Part shown: positions 48,801 through 59,352 of the stretch, one piece after another
Layout of the letters: every line of letters starts with the position of its first letter
Numbering within the stretch: the first letter of the stretch is position 1
Origin: Camelus ferus
Lineage: Eukaryota
DNA length: 64,000 bases
Assembly: GCF_009834535.1 (NCBI RefSeq)
Contig: NC_045696.1
Span: forward strand, 8,558,001 to 8,622,000
Reading direction: 5' to 3'
Made by a program: the position numbers and the translations under genes
Notes under the pieces: model-generated
The model's input: the letters and a program-made list of their open reading frames with translations, nothing else
Databases searched by the model: none
What the model was told of the DNA's origin: nothing

Positions 48801-50752
48801 ACTTTTCTCCAGATGTCTGCCCAGGAGTGGGATTGCTGGATCTTATGGTAAGTCTATTCTTAGTTTTTTAAGGAATCCCTGTACTGGTTTTCATAGAGGC
48901 TGCATCAGATTACATTCCCACCAACAATGTAGGAGGGTTCCCTTTTCTCCACACTCTCCACAGCATTTATTGTTTGTGGACTTTTTAATGATGGCCATTC
49001 TGACTGGTGTGAGGTGATACCTCATTGATTGTAGTCAGGTTTTGTTTTTTTTTTTTTGAGTTCCTCTGATAGTTAGTGACATTGAGCAGTTTTTCATGTG
49101 CATATTGGCCATCTGTATGTCTTCTGCAGAGAAACGGCTATCTAGATCTTCTGCCCAATTTTGACTGGATTGTCTGTTTGTTTGTTTTGTTGTTGTTATT
49201 GAGTTGTTCAGCTGTTTGTGTATTTTAGAAATTAAGCCCGTGTCAGTTGCATTTTTGCAGATATTTTCTCACAGTCCGTAGGTTGTCTTTTCTTTTTGTT
49301 TATGGTTTACTTTGCTGTGCAAAAGCTTATAAGTTTGATTAGGTACCATTTGTTTATGTTTACTTTTATTTCTATTGCCTTCGGATGCTGACCTTGGGAC
49401 ATTGCTATGATTTATACCTGAGAATGTTTTGCCTGTGTACTCTTCTAGGAGATTCGTGGTGTCCTGTCTTATGTGTAAGTCTTTAAGCCATTCTGAGTTT
49501 ATTTTTATGTATGGCATGAGGGAGTGTTTTAACTTCATTGATTTACATGTGGCTGCCCAGCTTTCCTGACACTAATTGCCTAAGAGATTATCTTGTCTCC
49601 GTTATATATTCTTGTCTCCTTTGTTGAAGATTAATTGGTTGTAGGTGTGTGAGTTTATTTCCGGCCTCTCTATTCTGTTCCATTGATCCACAGGTCTGTT
49701 TTTTGTGCCAATATCATGCTGTTTTGATTACTGTATCTTTGTAGTATTGTCTAAAGTCTGGGAGGATGATGCCTCCAGCTTTGTTCTTTTTCCTCAGTAT
49801 TGCTTTTGCGACTCTGGGTCTTCTGTGATTCCATATAAATTTTAGAATTATTTGTTCTAGTTCTGTAAAAAATATCCTGGGTAATTTGATAGGGATCCCA
49901 TTAAATCTTTGGGTAGTGTGGCCATTTTAACAATATTAATTATTTCATTCCAAGAGTGTGAGATATCACTCCATTTCTTTAAATCATCCTCAGTTTCCTT
50001 TATCAATGTTTTACAGTTCTCTGTGTGTAAGTCTCTCACCTCCTCAGTCAGGTTTACTCCTAAATATTTTCTTATGTGATTTTAAAAGGGATTGTTGTTG
50101 TTGTTGTTGTTGTTGTTATTATTATTATTATTTTGCTTTCCTTTTCTGATATTTCATTGTTAGTGTAGAAAAATACAACAGATTTTTATACGTTAACCCT
50201 GTGTACTACTACCTTGCTGAGTTTATCAGTTCTAGTGGTTTTTGTGTGGAGTCTTTATGGTTTTCTATATGTAGTATCATGCCAGCCACATACAGTGGCA
50301 ATTTTACCTCTTCTTTTCCAATTTGGATCCCTTTTATTTCTTTTTCTTGTCTGATTGCTATGGCTTGGACTTCCAATACTATGTTGAATAGAAGTGTTAA
50401 GAGAGGGCATCCTTGTCTTGTTCCAGATTTTAGCAAGAAGGCTTTCAACTATTCACCGTTGAGTATTATGTTGGCTGTGGGTTTGTCATAAATAGTTTTT
50501 GTTACGTTGAGCTATGTTCATCCTATGCCCACTTTGCTAAGAGTTTTTTATCATGCGTGTTGAATTTTATCAAATGCTTTTTCTGCATCTATTGAGATGA
50601 TCATGTGGTTTTTGTCCTTTCTCTTGTTGATATGGTATATTACACTGATTGATTTGTGTATGTTGAACCATCCTTGTGACCTTGGGATGAATCCCACTTG
50701 ATCATGGTGTATGATCTTTTTTATGTGTTGCTGGATTCAGTTTATTAACATC

Positions 50753-51121
50753 GAAAAATACCATATGACATCATTTATATGTGGAATCTAAAAAGAAAAA
50801 AGACAAACAAACTTATTTACAAAACAGAAACAGACTCACAGTCATAGAAAACAAACTTATGCTTACCAGGGGAGGAAGGGGGTGGGAAGGGATAAATTAG
50901 GAGTTTGAGATTTGCAGATATTAACTAATATACATAAAATAGATAAACAACAAGATTATACTGTATAGCACAGGGAACTATATTCAATATCTTGTAACCT
51001 ATGGTGAAAAAGAATATGAAAATGAATATATGTATGTTCCCATATGACTGAAGTATTGTGCTGTACACCAGAAACTGACACATTGTAAACTGACTATACT
51101 TCAATAAAAATGTATAAAGAA
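50753..51121 (+). mobile_element. L1 3'UTR fragment nested antisense in ORF2 of the large L1
   Basis: gaaaaataccatatg...gtggaatctaaaaag...cattgtaaactgactatacttcaataaaaa interrupts ctggattcagtttattaaca|...|agaatttttgca. No clear TSD. Confidence 0.92.
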
Positions 51122-51356
51122 AGAATTTTTGCAGCTACATTCGTGAAAAATATTGAACTATAGTTTTCTTTTTTGGTAATGTCTTTGTCTGGTTTTGGTA
51201 TGAGGGTGATGTTGGCTTCATTGAATGACTTTGGGAGTATTCCCTTCTCTTCAATCTTTTGGAAGAGTTTGAGAAGGACTGGTATAAATGCTTCTTTGTA
51301 TGTTTGGTATAATTCCCCAGTAAAGCCATCTGATCCTGGACTTTAATTTGCAGGGA

Positions 51357-51357
<1 letters not shown>

Positions 51358-51416
<59 letters not shown>

Positions 51417-51430
51417 TACTACTACTACTA
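51358..51430. repeat. Compound (ATT)n(ACT)n microsatellite inside L1 ORF2
   Basis: Directly visible; produces the poly-V/poly-I run in ORF 51135-51545. A second (GTT)n(ATT)n lies at ~50091-50132. Confidence 0.95.
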
Positions 51431-53036
51431 CAGATTCTGTTTCACTTCTAGCGATTGGTCTGTTCAAATGATCCATTTCTTCTTGACTCAGTTTTTGTGT
51501 ACTGTATGTTTCTAGAAACTTGTCTGTTTCTTCTAGGTTGTCCAATTTGTGGGCAATAATTGTTCATAGTGTTCTCTTACAGTTTTTTGTATAGCTGAGA
51601 TATCAGTTGTTATTTCTCCTCTTTCAGTTCTTATTTTGTTTGTTTTGATTGCTCTCTTTTCTTGATGAGCCTGGCCAGAGGTTTGTCAATTTTGTTTACT
51701 CTTTCAAAAAACTAGCTCTTGGTTTTATTGAGTTTTTCTATTGTTTCATGTTTAAATCTCTATTTTATTTATTCCCTCTCTGATCTTTATGATTTCTTTC
51801 CTTCTGCTGACTTTAGGTTTTCTTTGTTCTTTCTCTAATTCTTTTAGGTGGTAAGTTAGGTTGTTTATTTGAGATAATTCTTATTTTTCAAGGAAGGCCT
51901 ACATCTCTATGAACTTCCCTCTTAGGACTACTTTTGCTGCATCCCATAGATATTGTGTGGTTGTGTTTTTATTGTCCTTTGTCTCAAGGTTTTTAAAAAA
52001 TTCCTCTTTAATTTCATCATTGACCCATTGGTTTTTTAATAGCATGCTGTTTACTCTCTATGGAATCATTTTTTTCTCATTTTTCTTTCTGTGGTTGATT
52101 TCTAGTTTCATGCTGTTGTGGTTAGAAAAGATGCTTGAAATAACTTGCATCTTCCTAAGTTTGTTGAGGCTTGTTTTGTGCCTGAATATGTGGTTTATCC
52201 TAGAGAAAGTTCCACGTGCACTTGTAAAGAATGTATGCTCTGTTTTTTTTAATGTAATACCTTGAAAATATCAATTCAGTTTAACTGTCCTATTGTGTCA
52301 TATAGGATCTCTGTTGCCTTTTTGATTTTCTGTGTGGAAGATCTGTCCACTGATGTGAGTGGGGTATTAAAATCTCCTACTATTATTGTGTTTCCATCAA
52401 TTTCTCCCTTTATGTCTGCTAGTATTTGTTTTACGTATTTAGGTGCTCCTAGATTGGATACACATATGTTAATGAGTGTAATATCCTCTTCTTGTATTGA
52501 TCCTTTTATCATTATATAGCATCCTTCTTTATTTTTCTTTATGATCTTTGTTTTAAAGTCTATTTTGTCTTATATGAGCATTGCTACCCCTGCTTTCTTG
52601 TTATGTCCATTTGCATGAAGTGTCTTTTTCCATTTCCTCACTTTCAATCTATTTGTGTCTTTTGAACTAAAGTGAGTCTCTTGTAGGCAGCATATTGTAG
52701 GCTCTTGTTTTATTTTCCAATCTGCCACTCTATGACTTTTGATTGGCGCATTTAGTCTCTTGACATTTAAAGTAATCATTGATCGATATGTGTTTATTGC
52801 CATTTTAAACCTTGTTTTTCAGTTGATTTTGTATTTCTTTTTTGTTCTTTTTTTTTGCTTTTCCTTTTGTGGTTTGATGGTTTTCTTTTATATTATGCTT
52901 GAGTTCTCTTCTTTTTGGTTTTTGTGAATATACTGTATGTTTTTGATTTGTGGTTGCCTTGGTTTTCAAGTATGTTAACTCATTACTATTTCTACTTACT
53001 TTAGACTGGTAGTCATATAAGTGCAAAAACATTCTT

Positions 53037-53869
53037 TTTTTTTAACATTTTTTAATTGATTTATAATCATTTTACAATGTTGTGTCAAATTCCAGTGTAG
53101 AGCACAATTTTTCAATTATACAGGAACATATATATATTCATTGTCACATTCCTTTCTCTGGGAGCCACCATAAGATCTTGTATATATTTCCTTGTGCTAT
53201 ACAGTATAATCTTGTTTATCTATTCTACAATTTTGAAATCCCAGTCTATCTCTTCCCACCCCCCACCCCCTTGGCAACCACAAGTCTGTATTCTATGTCT
53301 ATGAGTCTATTTCTATTCTGTATTTATGCTTTGTTTGTTTGTTTGTTTGTTTGTTTGTTTTTAGATTCCACATATGAGCGACCTCATATGGTATTTTTCT
53401 TTCTCTTTCTGGCCTACTTCACTTAGAATGACATTCTCCAGGAGCATCCATGTTGCTGCAAATGGTGTTATGTTGTCAGTTTTTATGGCTGAGTAGTATT
53501 CCATTGTATAAATATACCACATCTTCTTTATCCAGTCATCTGTTGATGGACATTTAGGCTGTTTCCATGTCTTGGCTATTGTAAATAATGCTGCTATGAA
53601 CATTGGGGTGCAGGTGTCATCCTGAAGTAGGGTTCCTTCTGGATATAAGCCTAGGAGCAGGATTCCTGGGTCATATGGTAAGTCTATTCCTAGTCTTTTG
53701 AGGAATCTCCATACTGTTTTCCACAGTGGCTGTACCAAACTGCATTCCCACCAGAAGTGTAGGAGGGTTCCTTTTCTCCATAGCTTCTCCAGCATTTGTC
53801 ATTTGTGGACTTTTGAATGATGGCCATTCTGACTGGTGTGAGGTGATAACTCATTTTAGTTTTGATTTG
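53037..53869 (-). mobile_element. Young 5'-truncated L1 nested in the inter-ORF spacer of the large L1
   Basis: ORF 53361-53795 is the ORF2 C-terminus; highly similar to 1077-1892. TSD cattctt at 53030-53036 and 53870-53876. Confidence 0.93.
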
Positions 53870-54054
53870 CATTCTTAAAAAAAATTCTTAAAAAAAGAAA
53901 AAAATCTACATTTTCTTACTAATTTCCTCCACACTTTATAATTTTGATGCCCTTTCTTTACATCTTAATGTTTATTCCTTTGCTGTTCATTGTAGTTATC
54001 ATCACATTTCCAACTGTGATTTTCTCTTTTCTATAGATTCCTGCTTCTTTTCTA

Positions 54055-54914
54055 TTTATGGAAGATCTTTCAATATTTCTTTTAGGATAGGTTTAGTATT
54101 GATGTATTCTTTTTGTTTTTGCTTGTCTAAGAAATTCTCTCTCCTATTCTAAATGATAATCTTCCTGGGTAAAGTATACTAGGTTGTAGGGTTTTCTTTT
54201 CAGAGCTTCAAATATATCATGCCACTCCCTTCTGGCCTGCAACATTTCTACAGAGAAATCAGCTGATAGCCTTATGAGGGTTCCCTTGTAACTAACTCTT
54301 TGTTTCTCTCTTGTTGCCTTTAGAATCCTCTCTTTATCTTTGACTTTTGCTATTTTAATAATAATGTCTTGGTGTGGGTCTGATTGGATTCATCTTGTTT
54401 GGGAACCTCTGTACTTTCTTTAGGTTTTGGAAGTTTTCAGCCATAATTTCTTCAAATATGTTTTTGATCCCCCCTTCTCTTTCTTTTCCTTCTGGAACCC
54501 TCTATTATGTGTAGATTGGCATGCTTTATATTATCCCATTGGTCTCTTATATTGCTTTCATTTTGTTTACATTTGTCTTTCTGTCTTTCTGTCTGATTGG
54601 GTGATTTCCATTATTCTATCATCTTCCAGATCACCTTTTTATTCTTCTGTATTACTTAATTTGCTATTTATTGTCTTTAGCTCAGCTTTTGTTTGGAAAA
54701 TGAGTTTTATAATTTTAATTGGCTCCTCTTTATAGTTTCTAGTTCCTTGTTACAGTGATCTGCATTTCTATCAATAGCCTTTCCTAATTCTTTCAGTAAT
54801 TTGTGTCCTTTTTGAGTTTGGGATCTCTTAGATTGAAGAGGTCTGTTTCATTATTTATTCTTTTACGGGATTTCTCTTGTTCTCCAATTGGGAATGATTC
54901 CTCTGCTTCTTCAC
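54055..54914 (-). pseudogene. Disrupted L1 ORF1 remnant
   Basis: Lies between the 5'UTR and the spacer. The likely start reads GTG AAG AAG CAG AGG; reverse ORF1 motifs gagaaatcagctgatagccttatg and cactcccttctggcctgcaa. Boundaries approximate. Confidence 0.7.
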
Positions 54915-57900
54915 TTTACTTATATTTCTCTGACTCTGTGAATTTAGGAGTAGGTTATCTACTATGGTCTTGAAGGGTTGTTTTTACATGGGATAGTCCC
55001 TGTGTATCCTGTGTGGGTCTAGTATTTTTGTTGCAAGGGCTGCTTTTAATATGGATGACTGCTACGTCTTTCCTCCATATACCCTGGCTATTATTCTGTT
55101 GATAGGTGGTGTGACTGGTGCAGTGGTGAGCAGGGTCTGTGCTGGATGTTGAGTGGAGACTCCTCTTTGTTCTGTGGCTGTCACAGCCTTGCCAGAGCTG
55201 GGTCTGCTCCACACAGATCTATTTCTGAGCTTCAGTGTGAGGTAGGTGGGACAGGGAGAGGAGCTACTGAGTATTTCTCTGCAGGAGCTGTCCACCGGGA
55301 AGGGCACTGTGTGGTGTTACCTGTCACCCATTGTGAGGGCTCACAAAGTACACTGTTGTTGCCACTGCCCTCAGCCCTGCCTCAGCCTTGGGAGTTCAGG
55401 CAGTCTGCCCAGGTGTCCCTCAGGTGCTGTGCTCACAGAGTCACTAGGGCATATCCACTGAAGTCAGGCACCAGGACTCACCATAGCTGCAAGAAGTTGT
55501 GAACCTGGACCCGCCATGGGAGCTATGGAGTCAGCCCAGATCCCAGCCCTGCCTCCCCGTGCACTACCCACAAAGCCTGCAGCTGCTAACGTTGGACCCA
55601 CCCTGGCTACACATCAGTAATCTTGGATGCCCTGCATGTGCTGAGCTTACAAAAGCACCTGAAGTGTAAACCCACCCAAACTGCCTGAGACGTGGCTCAG
55701 ATTTCAGCCTTGCCTTGGAAGTCGTGTGGCTCCTGGGAATGGGCTCAGAATCCACATGGGGGCAACCTGCGAGCATTTGCACAGTCCCAAATCTCATGGT
55801 CACGGAGCCAGGCTGGCTGTGAGCACACTGAGAAGGAGGCTGCTGTGATGGAGTCCTGCTCCTCCCTTCATGTGCACACCTTAGAAATGGGGCTTTTTAT
55901 TTGGAGCTGGGGCTCTGTTGCACACACTCCCAGTTGCTCCAGCCCCTTCAGGCTGTCTCTGCTCAGCCAACTCCAGTCATCTCCCTCGGTCTGTCTTCTG
56001 AAGCCTGAGTTTCAGCACCCAGCTGCTGCTTACCAGCAGATAAGCATCTCAAGCTGGGGAGTGCCAAAAGGTGACATGGATCCTCTGTGCTGGTCTCGCT
56101 CTGTTCTGCCTGCTGCAAACTGGCCACTGCACTTTCCTCTAAGCTTATGAAGCTCCCTATCTGTCCTGGCTGATCTCACCACTGGTGAAGGGACTTCCCA
56201 GGGTGAGGGAACTTTTCCTCTTTCACTGCTCCCTCCTAGGGGCGCAGGTCCCATATGATTTTTTTTTTTTTTTTTTTTTGGTCCTACCCAGTTACATGGT
56301 GATCCTTCTTATAGATTTGATTGTATGAGGTCTTCTGCCAGAGTTCAGTAGATATTCTGTGAGATTGTATATAAATCTATTTTTTATGTAATTGTGGGAG
56401 GAGATGAACACCCACATCCTTCTATTCTGCCATCTTGATCTCAGATTTTCTAATTAAACCTTTGAAAGTACTCACATGCTTCTCCTCAGAAGGCCCTAAG
56501 TTTTTGTTGAACATACATTTTCTTAAGGGAGAATTAAGTAGCTCGTGATACTGAGGTTGCTGGTCTGGATTTTCAAAGAATGAAAAGTGAAACCTTAAGA
56601 AGTGCATATACCTGGCATCCTGTGGAGGCTAAGAAGTAAGACTAGAAGAGGAGAAGGTAAATCCTCCCTGAGCATTTCTTTGGCTTGGGAGCAGCGAAGG
56701 GTTTTTACCTTGCGGTACGCTTTAGTGCACGCAGTATGCTTTTACGGATGACAGAAGATTGCCGAGTAGCAGGGCACTGTGGGCAAGAGGAAAGCTGATC
56801 TTTGACCTCAGAAAGGAATTGGGTCTTGATTTCAAGAAGGCATTTAAGACAATAATCCAGCCCTTTGGAGTACCTAAATGGATGGTGGAAACTACGAGAA
56901 AACCACAGGTAGTGTTCGGTCAAAAACAAAGTGGTGGGAGGTGTCTGGAGGTGAGCAAGCAGAGAGAGGAGTTCTGAGGCTGGTGGAAGGGCACACAAGT
57001 GCTCAAGAACTGCAATATTTATAACCATGTGAGACCTGGAAGAGGAGGAGGGTGACAGTGGAGGGAAGGTTGCGGCGAGGGAAGAACACGTTGAAAGATG
57101 TGTGCGGGCAGAGATATGGAAGGATGGCCATCCACATCGTGTCAAGGTAACACCTTTGTTCTTTGGAAGCCAGGTTTCAGAGGCTCAGCTGACTTCAGAA
57201 AATGGAAATCTCTTTCCCATATTATCCATTTTCTAACGACTTAATAGCCGCTGCCCATTTCCATCACACTGCTGGAGCCCTTGGCTCTGCCAGCTCCGCA
57301 GGAGAAACCCAGAAAATACCCAGCCAAGTCTGTTGATCTCCAGGCTGCTGGGCAGTCTGGGTTGTAGATGGATTATTGAAGTTTGGGGCCGGTACCACGT
57401 GTACCTATGGAATGGCTGTCCCTTGCTCATGCCCCCGATATTCCATGGTGGGCAGAGGACAGGCTGAATCAAGGTAGGCTGTGACTGTTTGTGTCTCTTA
57501 GGCTCTTATCATTGATGTTGTCTGTGTCATCCCAGGCTTGGCCATGCAGGACATGGCTAATTGCTCATTGGTCTGCTGTGGAGATCCACCCATCTCTGGT
57601 TCGGCCCTGCCATTCATTTTCTTACTGTTTTCCTCTGAAATAAACTGGATGACTCCATGTTGTAACAGGTACACGGAGGGCTTCCACTTCTTCTGAAATA
57701 CAGCAGTAACCACCAGTCAATTACTGGCGATTTTTTAAACTGCAAATTTGAGTTATCCTGGCTGCTTCCCATTGCAAGCTTGGTTTGGTAGTGGTTTAAT
57801 TTCTAGAAATTATGTCTGTCTCCATTTTTAGAAATATAACTATCCCAGAAATAATGAACACTCCATAAAGATTTTTCCATAAATCATCTTCTCAGTAAAC

Positions 57901-58275
57901 AACTGCTCTTTTTCTTGAATTTAAACACTATTGAACTGAAGGATTCATTTTCTAGAGAGCATTTTTTTTTGTAATTCTCATTTAATGGACAATATGATGC
58001 AGCCTATTTAGTGTGAGTTTAACTAATGACGAATCGGGAATGTTGTCAATAAATTTCCACCTGCTGAAATGGACACACCATACCTGCTGTATTTAATTAA
58101 GAAAGCAGTCATGCAAATCTTAGAGCGTCTGGAGTCACATAATGCCTTTTCTTTTCTTATTTTGGTATAATGTCTCTATTTTTCTTTCTTTAGTATTGAT
58201 GTGCCCATAATAGTGTTCCTGGCATCCTTTAATTTAAAACTTCAATGCAAGTCCTTTCTCCAAATCAATATAGGA

Positions 58276-58295
58276 AAAGGTCAAAGTCAAGGTCA
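58276..58295 (+). promoter_or_regulatory. Tandem nuclear-receptor half-sites (DR0-like)
   Basis: AA-AGGTCA-AAGTCA-AGGTCA contains NBRE AAAGGTCA and NR5A/ERR-type TCAAGGTCA. Confidence 0.4.
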
Positions 58296-59274
58296 AACCC
58301 AGAACTTTTGTCTCCATTTCAAGGATAGAAAGACTAAGGTCACTCGAATTAATTTATGACTCACAAAATTACAAACCACATTGTAATTATTTATGTATTA
58401 GATTAGGCCCTGGGACCATTAACTAAGTTCTTTTAAAAATGTAAACATTAAGGTATTGATTAAATCAGCCACGAGCGCGTGTTGACTCCACAAAAACTCC
58501 AGAAGCTTCTCATAACTTGGATCAGCACAGTCTGATTCCTTTTATCCTTACCTCCTTTTAAAATTGTTTAAGCAATGTTACCACTAATTGCTAACTCATC
58601 TGTAGCAGGAAACAATTATTCTGAATAAGCCCAGGTACTGCTCTGGTTTTCCAGCAGATTATTTAAAAACAATATTTCCTTAAGATAACAATTTTGATAA
58701 TGACGCAGGAAGGAAATATATTTGCAATTAAACGAACATGCTTTAGCACAACAAGCAATAAAAAGCTTAACACTGAGCCTTTGTGAATTAAATGCCGGAA
58801 CAACATTGGACAAAAGTCACGGTTCTGCTGACACATTTATTTCTCAGTAAATGAAGACTGTTTAGGTTTAATGCACTTGTGGTTAGCAATAGTTTAAAAG
58901 ATCAATGTAAATTCGTTCTGAACTGGTAAATAAAGCTTTAATGAAACTTCTAACAGCATGCTTTCACACCTTAGATCGCTTTATCATTCTGAGGTGACAC
59001 AGCAGGATTCTCCTTGACTTTGATGACACGTACATAACGTTATGAAGTGTTGGACAGATTTTATTTGATGCTTATTTGATTTATGGAATTTCACCATCTC
59101 CCTATCAGCCTTTTGTTCAGGCTTCGTGCAGAGTGCTTATGAAGAAAGTTTCTTCCAAATGTGCTCATTAATATTATACATAATATTATATATGTGTGTG
59201 TTTATTAACATTATCTATATGTACTATTACTGAAATGCAGTTTAAGACTGGGATCATTAAGCATTTCCACTCTA

Positions 59275-59352
59275 CTAAACGAGGTAATGTATGAGAAAGC
59301 ACTTTGCAAACTGTAAAGCCATATACAGATGTTAGTTATCATAATTATTGTT
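59275..59352 (+). mobile_element. MIR 3' tail fragment
   Basis: taaacgaggtaatgtatgagaaagcactttgcaaactgtaaagc...gttagttatcataattatt. Confidence 0.6.

Larger units (their letters stand above)
48750..52803 (-). pseudogene. Disrupted L1 ORF2 (endonuclease / reverse transcriptase)
   Basis: Fragments MAINTYRSMITLNVKRLNAPIK...[42 protein letters not shown]. The RT FADD position reads YVAG. Many frameshifts and a nested insertion; 3' boundary approximate. Confidence 0.92.
48242..56438 (-). mobile_element. Full-length but inactivated LINE-1 (~7 kb once nested inserts are removed)
   Basis: 5' end tcaagatggcag (YY1-type start); ~1.5-kb 5'UTR; ORF1 and ORF2 remnants; 3'UTR and tail. TSD tctcaggttttct (48229-48241) / tctcagattttct (56439-56451). 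Confidence 0.95.

Noticed and set aside
57498..57713. Open frames on both strands with nearby splice-like sites
   Set aside because: Neither translation is recognisable and the signals conflict between strands.
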